From contig JAAOMT010000760.1 in the NCBI GenBank assembly GCA_016748015.1, forward strand, positions 540,039-604,038: a DNA stretch of 64,000 bases. Reading direction: 5' to 3'. How positions within the stretch are numbered: position 1 is the first letter of the stretch; every line of letters starts with the position of its first letter. The notes under the pieces are model-generated. The model ran no database searches. It was given only the letters and a program-made list of their open reading frames with translations, and had not been told where the DNA came from. This stretch comes from Geosiphon pyriformis uo1 (lineage: Eukaryota; Fungi; Glomeromycota). This document shows positions 50,677 through 64,000 of the stretch, piece after piece. The position numbers and the translations under genes are program-made.

Positions 50677-53600
50677 TTTTTAAAAGTATAATGGAATAGT
50701 TCACTATCGAGGAAATGTATTTAAATAAAATCAATTTTCTACGGTGGATTTCTGAAAATGAATATTGGTTATTAATCTTTATATTTTTCAAGTCCCGATC
50801 TCTATTAAACTCTTGGATATATGATCTTTTCAGTTTTTTAAAGTTTGCTGAATAATATAATATTATTTGTAATCAATAATAAAAAGTTAGTGTTTTAAAT
50901 TTAGTAGTAAAAGAAAAAGACGATTTTAATTAAAAATTGCATCATCGGAAGTGGTAGAACATGGTGGCTCTTCGTTAAGCCGAAGATAGATAAACTGTCC
51001 GTAAAACCCGAAAATTTAACCGTTACTTTGATTATGATTGCAAGAAATTTATTAATAATTAAAAAATGAACAAACGAGAAAATCAACATGAAATTTTTTT
51101 GTATCCTTGAATCTAGGATATATTATTTTGTAAAACTTGGTTTGTGAGATCAAGCTCAATTGGAATATTTGGTTAAGCATGACTTTTGGGATCATTTGCA
51201 TCTTTTCAAAAACGTGCTGTAATGTTACAAAAAAAATTATTTGCTATATTTGAATGCTTATATTATTCGTATTCACCAATATACATGGTTTTATACATGG
51301 CTGGCTTAAATCATTATCCAAGGCTCACTAAAAATAGAGTAACTACTTTACTTCGTTTATTAAAAATTGAAAAGGGAATTTAGAAATTTAGCCCAGTGAC
51401 CCATTATTTATAGATGAATCACAAACGCGTAGACTTTCACAAATTTATTTTGGAAAAAGCAGCAAACAATGATTGTATTTACTTAGCATATGCACATATA
51501 GTCACTGCATATTAAAATTCAAAAAATATGTAACGATAAATTTAATTGCAATCAAAAATAAAAGATTTCTAAAAAAGAACGATCCAAAAAAATGGTTAAA
51601 GTAGGAAATTTAACAAAAAATTATTAAAAATAAAATAAGTTGAGTTATAAGATATTTTCAACATTCAAATCATAAATATTTAGCAACAATATGACAATAA
51701 ATTTTTTAACACAACTAGTATTAAACATTTATTAAACATTTGGGCAATAGAAAAAAAAGTTGTTAATAATATTGATTAACACAATATTATTAAAATTGAA
51801 TAAAAATCAATTCTTTGTATAAGTTATATGTTTTAAACATTAAGTAAACTGTGCCACCTTATTTTTTGTAAAAATAAGAGGTTTTGATTGTGTTATACAT
51901 TTCTCAAGCCAATTGAATATAATATATGACAAATAGTTAATATTAAAACTTTCTGGCCTGTTTATTTCTCAACGATTTTTTATTTGCTGAAAAATAATTG
52001 TAAATTTTAACTTATTTTGATTGTACCAAACTGTTTAAAATTATGATTATTATTTGTCTTTATTCAAGGTGGCCAGCTGGTACATAATTTGATTTGATAA
52101 AACCAGTTTTGATGTGTTATTTTAAAGCATCACATTTAACAATTTTGCAGCATAAATAGAAAATAAATATTCTACTACATTGTGCACCAGTAAGTTTCAT
52201 TGCAAAAAATAATAATATTTTTAAACGAGATTATTATAATTAAATTATTATTCTATTTTTTATTTAAATTATAGTTAAAAGAATCTTAATACATATTTCA
52301 CTAATAGCTATATATACATTCTTTTCATTTTAATAAAATGGCTCATAATATTGCTTTTTAAACCATATTTAAGGTTGCGGAAAAACAATAGTAAAAAAAC
52401 TAAATCTTTACTTCCAAGTGTAAATAACCTTAATATTATTCTGAAGAAAAGATTGTAAGCTAAAAATTAAGGCATTATTCAAGACTAAAAAAAAAATCAA
52501 AAAAAACTTATATACAAAAAACACATATATTTAAAGTTTGGTGTCAATTTCAAATTAGATGCTACTTTTGAGATGACTGTACATTTATCTAATTAACATC
52601 TTTTATTATTAAATTTATTTTATTTTTTGAAATTCGATAAGCTTTTAGATGTTGCTTGATACAATTGAAATTTTTAAAAACTCAATTACACACTAGTTTT
52701 ACATTTAAAAATTAATATCATAATACTTAAAAATAAGAATAAAAATATTTATGTTAAACTATTTTATTTTGTCAAAATATCAATATAAATTTGATTTCAG
52801 CAATAAAAATTGAAATCCCACAAAAAGTTTCGTTATTTTTCTTTACAAAAAAACTAAATTTTAATTTCGACGAAAATAATAATTCAAGTTTATTTTATAT
52901 TTTAATCTTAATTAAAATAAAAAATTATAAATTATGCTTGAAATAACAAACATTAAATAACTGGATAATAAAAAATAATAAACATTAAACTGAAAAAGCA
53001 AATTAAACACAATTTTTTCAAAATATTTTAAGCAATTAAATTAAATAATTTGAAAAATTTGCAACAAAAACTTCAGTTTTTTGTTTGTGTAAATTAAAAA
53101 ATTATATTATTCCTTTATTCCAAATTTTTTTTTCTACAATCAGAAATAATAGTTTTACTAAGATTTTAGAATTTATTTCGTCTTCTATTGCCTTTTTTTA
53201 TGCCTATTTCTATCTGCCAATTTGAATTGCTTTTTCATTGCTAGAAGCAATAGCGATAAGATTTTTATTCGTTACAATATATTTTACACTCATTGTAGTG
53301 TAAATTAAGAAATATATTTTTAAGTTGCTGACATTTAAAAAAACTAATTTAATTTTTTTAACAACACTGTACTTTCAGTATAAGAATATATTCAAAGTCG
53401 ACATATTTAAATAGTATATTAAAAATAAAAAATGCAAAATTAACATAAATATTTTCTAATATTTTATTATAAATTTTGAGATAAAAATTTTAATTAAGAA
53501 TATCCAATTCTATTATTTGTAATTATCGTAAAAATGACTTGAATCAATCAAAAATAATTTAAATGTAATTTACTTCAAAAAATATAAAAAATAAAATATT

Positions 53601-55360
53601 TTAAACCAAAATTAAATAGAAATCAGTGCTTTCAGTTTAAATTTATTTCAGTTTATAATTTATTTTAAGTAAATAAAATTATATTTGATTGTATCATAAA
53701 TATTTTATATTAAAAATATAAAATTAAACCATTTATTTATAATAAGTTTAAAGTAAAATAAAAATAAAATTATTGTTAGATTATTGTTTTTATAATAATA
53801 GATTCTCTATAATATTTTATAATTTAAGTTTTAAAAATCAAATTTTTTACTATATTGTAAATACAACCAGCCTTATATTACAATTATGTAATTACAACAG
53901 GTTTAATTAAAATCATTCAATAGATATATTCAAAAATTTAAAAGTTTCATTAATATTTATATCAAAAAATCAAGAATATCAGTTCAGTTATTTAAAGATG
54001 ATCAGCTGAGAGAGACGCATGATTAAGCAAGTTACAAAGCCAATGAAAATGTCAATTTTATCGGTAGCCAAATTCTGTCAAGCAGACCCATTCACAAGCA
54101 TCTTTATTTTTGGGATTAATGCTTCAATATTTGATCTTTAAATGATACTAAAGAAACTTACCTATCTTTAACCAGCGAGGAAGGACTGAAACTCTGTTGA
54201 ATTATGATGAAGGTGCCTTTTACCTGAAAAAATATCAAATTATTAGAATCATGGAATATCCAAACCCTATTTGGTTATAGCACGAAAATATTAATTTTTG
54301 AAAGTTAAAAAACTACCAAGTTCTGAAATCCAAAGGGATAATTGAAAATTTTCTCTGTTAAAATTAATCTTCAATTCACTGGGTGACAATTCCCATCACT
54401 CACCAATCAATCTTTATGCACTTTCAAGCAACCGAGGGTTGGTAAATGGATGGCTGTGCATACGCTCGTCTCAATGAATGAGTGTTCAAGACAGACTCGA
54501 TAAAGAAAAATCGATGCGAATTTCCACGGAGATACGATGAAGGGAAATCATGTGGAGGAATAAAAGATAAGGGAAGGGAAAAAACAAATGCGAAGAGATT
54601 AGACTAATTTTTTCCATCATTGTTAAACGGCTCATATATATTAACAGATATTTTCAAAGCAACCAATACACTAAGTAATGCTTTTTTGTCACAATGTTTA
54701 GTCGAAACAAGACAAGAAAAAGCTTTACGACTTGATACTTATGCAATTTACAGTGAACAACATGCCTCTTCATTGCACCATAAAAAATGGAAGGCTTGGA
54801 TGAAACTAGTACAGTACGCGTCATGGGGATTCTTTATTTTTTCTAGTAAATCATATGAAGTCGTCGAATGCTGCTAGAAAAGTCCAGAAGCTTTGAAAAT
54901 CATGTACAATATTGGAATCGAAAAAAAATCGGCACAAATAAAAAGCGAAAATTTCGTAAAGACCCATTTTTTCCCTGTATATCTTCGTTGTTTCTTTAGT
55001 TTGACAAGCACTGCCGACACGAACCAAAGAAAACGATTCCTCTCTCTCAAGGGGAAATGTAAAAAAAAATTATGAAAAAAGGAGAAAGATGATAATAAAC
55101 ACATAAAGGTCGATATATTAATTAAGAAAGTCCTACGATTATTTTGGTAAGAGCTGGTAGCCGGTTCACTTGATGGTATTTCTCTCATAGCCATTGAAAA
55201 AAGATATTGTCATTTTGCTTAAGTAGATGATGGTGAGCCTGATTCATGATGGAATGATAGCGTGAAATTTTGGAGTGTGTCATAATCATATTTTTAAATA
55301 AGAGACTTGAGTAAAAATCTCCACGGCTACTGAATATATAATTTAAAAGGATCATTCTCA

Positions 55361-56899
55361 TCAACACAACAGTTGTTGAACAGTCATTCTACGTGTTGGT
55401 GTCTCTTCTAGATGTTCCTCCATATCATTGAGACTATTATTGCATTCTTGCCAATTTTGCTGTTCCTCTTCAGACATCACAATATCAGTCATTTGACAGT
55501 CCTGAGCTGTTTGTGTCTCTATGTCACGAGTTTTCATGTTAATTTGCGCAGAACTTATTAGATGTTCATTATTTTTAGAAGTTGCAGCAAATTTGAAGGG
55601 AGAAGAGGACAAACTCAAATTGAGTTCGTTGTTCTTTAATTGATTTGCAATAAGTGACGTAGATGAGAATTTATCTGCTCTTAGGGTCGTTGTGTTGCTT
55701 GATGATAATATTGAGAGTTGACGTGATTCGATTGGTTCAGAATTATTCGATTCTTCGTTGATAGTCGTATCTGAACCTCGTTGTTCGTCGCTCTCCGCAT
55801 CACCAACATGTTGAGTCGACATCATGCTTGAAGACGATGATACGGATCCTCGCTTTCTTGGATAATCTTCGTCATTTGTTTCGCGTCCTTGCAATGAATG
55901 TGAGGAGGCATTTGATCGTGAAGGAATTTCATATCGATCAAATTTCGATTTTTTGACGGTTTTACGTTCTCCCATATTGCAATCGTCGTCATTTTGGGAA
56001 TCTTGAGAATTGGACCTTTCACGTCGATCCCTCATCTCAGCGACCTTACCCTGCAAATACTCAATATAATCGATGGCACTCTGTAGAATATTCAATTTGT
56101 GTAAATGATCTTGGTCGGCGCAACTCGGGATCAAATCTTTGAGTTGCATAATTTTGTCATTTATGCGTTCACGTCGTCTTCGCTCAATTGCTGAATGTGA
56201 AACTTTACGAGCTAATTCACGCTCATCAGCCGTGGAACGTGATTTTTCTACTGCCGCAGTAGCCGCAGCTGATGATGAGCCACAAGATGGTGGCTGATGT
56301 GGCAATCCTGCATGAATTATTGAGATGTGATGTTGCATTATTGGGCGATTACTATTGGAAGACGAGCTGACAGCAACAGGAGGATCTCCAACGAGAGGAA
56401 AGGAAAAGATAGCTGCAGATGGACCGATGGGTTGTTTTGGAAGAATCCTTTCATACCGTGTTGAAGATATGTTCGTTGAGTTGCTGTTGGCAAGGGTGGC
56501 TTGCGTATGAGTTGGAGATGGTGGAAGTCGTAATTGCTGTTGCTGTTGTTGAGAGTGAATAACGTGATTTAAAGATTGAAGAGGAGGGGGTAACTTGAAA
56601 ACTGATTGTCCAGCTCCATATTCATGCTGTGATGGGTTTGAAAAAGGGGATACTGGTGGTGTTTCAAACGGTGGTAACATCATACCACCAGAACCAGGGA
56701 TCTGAGGTGTCATTGGGTTTGCTAGCGGTGAACTTGTTGGAGAAATCGGCATTATAGATGCTGTTGCGAGTTGTTGCGGCGCTATCCTCAAGTTAAATCC
56801 AGACGAAGAAGGTGGTGCTGGAACTATAGGGCGAAACATTGAAAGGTTTGGTGTCGATTGAGAATTCGAAATCGCCGACTGGTGTTTTCGTTGTTGCAT
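55361..56899 (-). CDS. bHLH transcription factor, probable start MQQRK at 56899
   Basis: RKVSHSAIERRRRERINDKIMQLKDLIP...KLNILQSAIDYIEYLQ, a Pro/Ser/Gln-rich N-terminus and a C-terminal MTVQQLL motif. Confidence 0.92.
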   Translation of the reverse strand: MQQRKHQSAISNSQSTPNLSMFRPIVPAPPSSSGFNLRIAPQQLATASIMPISPTSSPLANPMTPQIPGSGGMMLPPFETPPVSPFSNPSQHEYGAGQSVFKLPPPLQSLNHVIHSQQQQQQLRLPPSPTHTQATLANSNSTNISSTRYERILPKQPIGPSAAIFSFPLVGDPPVAVSSSSNSNRPIMQHHISIIHAGLPHQPPSCGSSSAAATAAVEKSRSTADERELARKVSHSAIERRRRERINDKIMQLKDLIPSCADQDHLHKLNILQSAIDYIEYLQGKVAEMRDRRERSNSQDSQNDDDCNMGERKTVKKSKFDRYEIPSRSNASSHSLQGRETNDEDYPRKRGSVSSSSSMMSTQHVGDAESDEQRGSDTTINEESNNSEPIESRQLSILSSSNTTTLRADKFSSTSLIANQLKNNELNLSLSSSPFKFAATSKNNEHLISSAQINMKTRDIETQTAQDCQMTDIVMSEEEQQNWQECNNSLNDMEEHLEETPTRRMTVQQLLC

Positions 56900-58339
56900 C
56901 TTGTATTCGTAAATAGGGCGTAAAAACTTATCGAATGAATGATTCGTTTTTGCCGAATGTTTCGGTATATTTATATTGCAAAATATGTTTATGTGTGACA
57001 CGTCAAATGATAGGGGGTTTTCGTTTAAATAGGTAGCAGGACAATTTCAAAAATTCTCAAGCTCTAAAAAAAAAGAGGGAAAGTCGTTAAGAATAGGGTT
57101 TAAAATTGAGGAGAGGTAAAATTATACTTGGGTTGGTGTAAGCTTGAATATATGCGTTTTGACTAAAAAATTTAGTTTTCGTCATAATTTTAAAATATGA
57201 TATATACTTAATAGTAGGTTTATTTGCATTGAACGCGTAAACAGATATGCAAACTTTAATTAGTGGTCTTCAAGTTTTCATGGACTCAACAGGTGTATAA
57301 TCAATGAAAAGTAGGTATATGGTATTGCTTCAAAGAAGAGTTTCAATTTAAAAAAGATAATGCATTGGTATTTAGGATAAAAATCGAGACCAAATTATCC
57401 AGCAATTGGCGGCATACTAAACGAGATGAGATAAAATTTGAAAATCGAAAACCCTAATCCCCTGATTGCGAATAGAATCGGCCAATACTTTTGAAGCGTG
57501 GACGAGGTTATATGAATTGATTGGTCGACGCAAGACGTCATTGTTCAAACGCTGATCAGTGCTAAAAAAAGTTGTATGACTTTTTAGTGGCAGATCTAGC
57601 ATCAGAATGGGTTTTCACGAGCTGCAAACAAATAAAGATGATCAATCTTGTCTGGAAAAACGATCCCATCCAGGAAAAGAGCAAAATGTGTCAAGGAAGA
57701 GGCATGATGGTCAATTTTTGTGCATCGATTCGCTAACATGTCATTAAATGAAGCACGTGTGTTTCTGATTGGATGTTGAATGAGTCGGGAGTCGGTTTCT
57801 AAATTTCCAAAAGCAAAAGGAGAGCTTTGTTGAACCATATATGATCCGATTTGGAAATGGGGTGGTTGGCATGTGAGACGTTAAAAATTCCCATTGGGCA
57901 CGAAAGGATAGAATATTTGAGTAATAAATCGCTGTGTATAAATATTTCCGTTAAAATCGGGAGTATTGCAAGCTGTGAAAAAGGGTTTTGTGAAATTGTT
58001 GACGGTTTGTAGAGCTTTTGGCTTAGTTTCTTTTCAAGATCTGCCCAAATGTTTGTCCCACTTTGGCAGTTTGTTACAGATTGAACATGGGAATACGAAA
58101 TGTCGTAATCTTGAGTCTTGTCGCTGGAAAATGATTTTATGAGAGATACAGATAAAGATAATGGATCAAGGACAAAAGAATAAATTTTTTCCTTCAACAG
58201 AAAACACGAACACTGAATTATGAGAGTGGTCACAGCCTTTTTGGGTATGGATCGTTCTTGGGGACTCTTTTAATGATGAAATTTTTTTTAGAAAGTTGAA
58301 TACTGGTTATCAATCAAAATTTAATAATTATTACACGAT

Positions 58340-58380
58340 GAAGTTTAGATATAGGAAGTTTAGATATAGGAAGTTTAGAT
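58340..58380. repeat. 15-bp tandem repeat, about 2.7 copies
   Basis: gaagtttagatatag units. Confidence 0.85.
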
Positions 58381-60098
58381 GGAAAAATACTGTTAATATT
58401 ATCTGTTGACGGATTGTAACACACGCTATTCTGCTTCCCTATTATTTTAAGGTGTCACATACCGTCATTGACAAATACTTATCCCAAAGCTAAAATTTTT
58501 GGTTAACAGATCTGATTCCGAATTTTCACACAACGGTCCTCTGGAGTTTTGGCCCGGAAGAAATAGGTTTCTGGAGCAAGATTTACAAGGGAAATCTTGA
58601 ACTGATCGGCATCGTGTTCACGTCTAAAGTTTTTATTCGTTGGATCATCTATATTATGAATAATTTTTTCTAAGAAATGTCAGGGAGCCAAAAGTTTTTA
58701 CAAGGTAAAAATTTCGGCGATAGAATTTTACTTTATAGTGACGTTAATTTATTCCACTAATAAACTTTGCCAGTGCCACCAGAAAAATATTTACCTCTTA
58801 TAAAATGGATGACTTTGGCACGAGAAGTCAAATTTTGGTAAACCAACATGTGTGTTGCACACTGTTGCATTATGAAGGACAAAGAATTTTGACTTTAACA
58901 AGTGTGGTTTTACCTAAGCATATGCATCTTTAAATGTTTTCTTTCGATGCATACAATCAATGAAACAAGGGACTTTATAGTAAAATATTTACAAACTAAG
59001 AAAAATTTCATATCTGAATTTGACTATTATATAAAATACACGGAATTATTAAGAGTTTAAATGGATTGTGAAAATTATAAAATTCCAAACGGTAATAAAT
59101 TTTTAAATTTTTGTAAAAATCTAAAATCACCAGAAAAATTGAGATTAGATTTTCATAATTTGCAGACAAAAAATGTTTTTTAAAATTTTATAAAATTTAC
59201 AAAATTGGTTTATGAAGTTTAAAAATTAAATTATTTTTTTATAATTCAAAGTCTCTAAACAAAATACCTGACTGAATAAAATACTTTAAGGGAAAAAATA
59301 AGACTTTTAGACTCTGTACAAAAATTTTAAAAAAATATCGTTTTTAAAGTTAATACTTTCCTAGTAAAAAAATAAAAGTTTATTTTTTAATGTTTTTATT
59401 TTATATTTTTGCAAGATTAAAAGGTCAATCAAAGTTATCTTTAGTGAAATAAAATTGTGATGAATCATGTATTATAAAATATTATGGTTATGCTAAAAGC
59501 CTTTAATTAAAGAAGTAATGTGAAAAGACTTTGAAGTATAGTTAATACAAAAAATGACATTTAATTATTTCAATTAATTTTTTATTATTTTTAATTTCAA
59601 TTTTTTGGTATAAATAAAACTATTGATAAAATTAAATTTGAAAGTTATTTTTAAATGTCAATTGCTTGGTTAATGTTGGATTTAATAAAATAACAACATT
59701 TATTTCTTAAATTAAAGAAAAAATTTTAAAACAAAGGTTATTATACAATAAATTCAAATAAGTTCATTAAAAAATGATTTTTTATATAAAACTTGTAAAT
59801 TAAATTTTAATGTATAAAACAATTATATTAGTCTTATTATAGTCCAAATCTTAATCCAATCAAAAGTTTGTAAAGAAAAAAGTAGTCGCCTAGAACTTAT
59901 TTAAATAAAGTTTTCTAGTTATATTGAAAATAGTAATAAGGAATTCAAATTATTTAGCTAGTGAGATGGTAACGCAACTCAATCTACCCAAATTTTTGGT
60001 TAATTTGGGAAACTTTTATTGTATTTTATAGCAATTGGTACTTGAGAAATCCACATATTTTGATCAAAATGGAGTCACTTTCCAGAACGGGATAAATT

Positions 60099-61624
60099 TT
60101 AGCCTTCGAACTTATAAAAATCTTCAGTTTGGTAAAATTTATCCGTACAACTTCCAAATTTTGTTCCAAAATAGATAAATTTTTGGGGATTTTGATTGTT
60201 TTCATCATCAATGGTACCGAGATTACATTCCTAAAAAACGATTCCAAATAAGAAAGTTTTAAAAGAAATCGAATAATCAAATGTGGTGTTCTTTCAAAAT
60301 TACTTGATTTTCCCCACGTGAACTTGATCGATGGGTTGAGATGGGACACTCATAAATTATACCATTATCAGGCTTCCACTCCTCATTTGAGCAATCACAA
60401 CTAAGTCCTGATATCCAAATTTCTCTTTCATGATGCCTTAAATTAGGTTGAGAAAGAAATTCTCTCGAAAGCCAACTATTAGAATGTGTCACTCGATATA
60501 ATGGGAGTAATTTTTCAGATCGATCCTTTTGGAAAGTTTTTTCCACCATTTCAGCAAATAATTGGTTACCAATCCGAGGTGAGTCAAATGTCACAATGTA
60601 GATTTTTGAAACATTTATTGGCCATTTTTCTTGTAATTCATTTAAAACAGCTGCTTTGAAATAAATTGCTGCTAATAAAGCGTATGCTATGAATTTATCA
60701 AAACTTAGTATCAGAGGCAGTTTTTATTGGAAAAAAGTGGACAATGAAATCCCAATTGAAAACATCATAATAAATTACCACCACCGATTTCATGCCCAGT
60801 GAAGTAAAACCTCATAAATTGAACCGTTGAAATAGGTTCGCTTTCCAATATAGAGTGAATTTTCTTTAAAATTTGAGGCATCATTTTCTTTACATCAGAA
60901 TTCCAAGCTGAATCAACATTACAAGCTTGATGAAGTATGAAATTACGTTTCATCTGAGTAAAACTTATTGGCCTGTTTTGCCAATCTTGTCGCGAGAGTT
61001 TTCGCCCTTTGAAATATACAATCAAATCACTACCGAATAAAACTCTTCCTCGTACTACATCAGCTATTAAAGAACGAAAACTATTTAATTCGGACCAAAT
61101 ATTGTAAATTTAGAATAAATTTATTGAATAAAGAAATTTATTGAATAAAGAAATTTATTACCTTTTATCCCACTTTCTTCAACCATATTTCCAATTTTAT
61201 TAGATTGTCGGCAATATCCCAAATTTGCGTAGAAAGTCATTGCTTTAAGATAACGCAAAACCTGTAGATCTGTCAGTTGTTTTCTTTTGAAAGAATTTCG
61301 TTTCTGAATCAGTTGTGTTGGAGCTTTATTTTTTGTAGTTCTAAAAATGTTATTGTTGTGGATTAAATCTTGTCTCTTGATCACAAGATTGGAAATATCG
61401 TCCAAAGATGAAATTTTTATTTTTGAATTTTCCCGATTGATTAAAAAATTTCTTGGATAGTCTTTTATCCATGGAATAAAACTCTTGTCATTATTTATTG
61501 ATTTCAGCCTTTCGAAATTTGAAAAAACTTTTATAAAATATTGGGTTAATGTTTTTGGTAAGGAACTGAGATACAAGAATAAAAAGAATATTCCGAAAAA
61601 TATATTTTTAATAAATTTCATCAT
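60099..61624 (-). CDS. Lipase class 3-fold protein with the whole catalytic triad substituted, 4 exons (61624-61162, 61063-60779, 60686-60304, 60230-60099)
   Basis: MTFYANLGYC, FTGHEIGG|AYA, TFDSPRIG, RVTHSNSW, HHEREIWI and QKFIYFGTKFGSC. Same three intron positions as the 43.4-kb paralogue. Confidence 0.88.
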
Positions 61625-62104
61625 TGATTCTCGGCGTTCACTTTGCCGAAAAATGAGTCCAAAAATAAATTCCTTATTTTAAGGAGACAGATGAGCGATG
61701 AAGATGGTGAAAAAAATTTTTTCTCCTATTCCTTGTAAAAGAAAGAGTTGTCCGACAAATATTTAGTTGGGGCCACCATTTATTTGTGAGCATCATGATA
61801 ATGGTTTTCGATTGATGATTTACATGTACATCTAGTTTTTATGTGAATTTTTATATTAAATAAAAGAAAATAAATAAAATATAGGATGAATCTAGTTGTA
61901 ACAACCTGTTACATGAAACAACCTCGAAAATAGCTTCAATTAGGATCGGAAATTTTATTAAATTTTAAAAAAATAACATGTAATAATGATGTGTATTATT
62001 TATTTTTATTGGACAAATTAAAGTTGAATCATTAATTTCACTAGAAATAAATGCAATTTTTAGTTATTGCAAAGTAAAAAATAAACAAATAATTGACTAA
62101 ATCT

Positions 62105-64000
62105 TACCTAATTTTGACATCTTGCACTATTGTGTCCTGAAAGACCACATCTACTACAAGTGTATTTTGTACGTGGTTTTCCTTTTTTTTTCAATAGCAG
62201 ACTTATAACATTTGGTTTCTGGGCATCCTTTACGTTGTGATACTAATGGATTTTCAACTTGCTCAAGCTTATTTTCTTTATTGACATCATCAACTTGATT
62301 GTTCTCCAGGACTTGGTCTTGATTTTGAAGTGTAGGCACCACTTTTTTATGTTGGCCAATAAATTGCCTTAACCATATTATCATCTCACTATGATTGTTA
62401 TGTTCAATAGCAAGCTGAGCAGTCTGTCATGCGAGTTCTCACACTTCACCATATTTTTGTTTCCTCTGTGCTGCAAGGCATAAAACATTGATAATGGTCT
62501 TAGGTACAGTTAAAAGATTTGGGATTACTATTTTGTCGGAAGAATTTTTTGCAGCCTCTTGATTTGTGAAGCAAAAAGCTTCAGTGACTAAATTATTGTC
62601 TCTTTTTTCATTAATATACCATCACGAGAATATCATTTGAATGTAAAACCCTGCAATTTTTGAATGTAGCATCACTTGAAAATAATGGCGACAAACAATA
62701 CCACAAAATATACTAGACAAGCATGAACAAAAAACAGAATCAACAATTATAATAAAATGTAAATGCTTGCTGTTTTTTGGATGTAGATTTGTAATCTTTC
62801 ACACTTCTTTGATGTTTTTTTTATTGACTTTAGCAACTATTGATTTCATAAGATTTGTTTTACATCATACAGATTCTCAATGAAATCACTCATTATATCA
62901 GGACTGGAATCCTAAATATCAAAATGTTGTTAGATAAATGACTTGAAAAAGTACATTAGGAAATAAATTCCTTTACTTTATTATAAGTATTGATATTAAA
63001 TGATAATTGACTTGCGATAAAGTATAGGTATTGTGTCATTTCTAAATGTTCTATAGATAAGATATGAAGTGTGAGATATTAAGTTATTTATTTGTCAACC
63101 TCAGAAAAGAAATCCTGGCCAACTGACATAATTTTCATATAAGATAAAAGTGTATAATATTCAAAAAAACGATTTTATTTTACCTTATTTTCAAGTTTTG
63201 TGTTTAATGCACTAGCAAGATCACACAAACTGCCATTTACTGAAAGCATGCATTTAATAATATTGTTAAGACCTTAAACACGAGAGGTAGTTTGAGTTCT
63301 TACAGTAAATATTTTTAATGTGAATGCACAGGTCCATGCTTGTTAGCTGGGATAAAAAGCTCTTATTAGGTAATCTTTAGCATTAATAAATGTTTCAATA
63401 AGTTATAATTATTATTCATAGAAATTTTGTTTACATAAACTATTGTGACATAGAAAAAAATTGTGAACAAAGCTTTTATATTAATTGTAAAGCTTTAACT
63501 TGAGATTTTTTGGTAAGTTTTCATTAATATAAAAAATACAATGAATTTGGTAAGTTGTTTTATATACTTGAACAATTTTTGCATCTGCTACAGGATTAAT
63601 ATTAGTAATAAACATTAATGGTTCTGTCATTGTTGCTTTTTTTGTGCATTTTAGAATCTATTTATATAATTTGGCAGTTTCATTTGATACAAGAGCTTGT
63701 ACAATGAAATAAGATCTTGTATTATTGTCTACAATAAAAAAAAAGTGGCATTTAATAGCAGTTGGTTTTTGCTGTATTGTCATTTAAAAAAATATTATAA
63801 TACTTTAATTAAAAAACAATTTGTATAAAAGACATTCAAAATACATAAATAAGCCAATTTTCATTAATTTCAAACTCTATAATCTATTTGAAATTATTTG
63901 ATTTGCAATTCATAAAAATTATTAACAAGTAGAATGTATTATGTTTTTTATTATTAAAAATTTTAAATTTTTATATTGCATTTATAAGATTACAATTGAG
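62105..64000 (-). mobile_element. MULE/FAR1-like (Mutator) transposase relic with SWIM finger and zinc knuckle, running off the window edge
   Basis: AWTCAFTLKIFTVRTQTTSRV*GLNNIIK, CSCLSSIFCGIVCRHYF (SWIM), KGCPETKCYKSAIEK (KGRP..KR.KS) and GLSGHNSARC. Many stops. Confidence 0.85.

Noticed and set aside
51500-54000. AT-rich blocks (also 30.9-32.5, 45.1-46.1 and 59.0-60.0 kb) as specific transposon classes
   Set aside because: Probably eroded repeats, but no diagnostic motif was readable.

Overview
AT-rich eukaryotic DNA with short GT-AG introns. It is most likely an early-diverging fungus of the Glomeromycotina type; this is inferred from the BTB-BACK gene, the lipase-3 paralogues, the FAR1/MULE-SWIM relic and the strongly CG-depleted repeats, with Geosiphon-like as a tentative guess. 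Host genes: a Yap/AP-1-type bZIP, an Avt-like amino-acid transporter, a site-2 protease (M50), a CreA/Mig1-like C2H2 factor, tRNA-Asn(GTT), a secreted Cys-rich GPI-type protein, a BTB-BACK protein, two lipase-3-fold genes lacking the catalytic Ser, a methyltransferase pseudogene, an NAD-dependent epimerase and a bHLH factor. The main hidden signal is missed by the ORF track because of stops and frameshifts. It is a family of IS607-type transposons carrying a serine-recombinase TnpA and a Fanzor2 (eukaryotic TnpB, RNA-guided nuclease). Five pieces lie on the + strand: about 5.7-6.4, 14.3-15.7, 16.0-16.2, 40.5-42.7 and 42.8-42.9 kb. The two long copies appear to carry spliceosomal introns at matching positions in both tnpA and Fanzor. 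The two short pieces share a foldable 3' end that looks like an omega-RNA scaffold. All copies are inactivated by C>T/G>A hypermutation that does not look like classical CpA-directed RIP. A 1.57-kb exact duplication around an N gap is probably an assembly artefact. All calls come from manual translation and motif recognition; no database searches were run.
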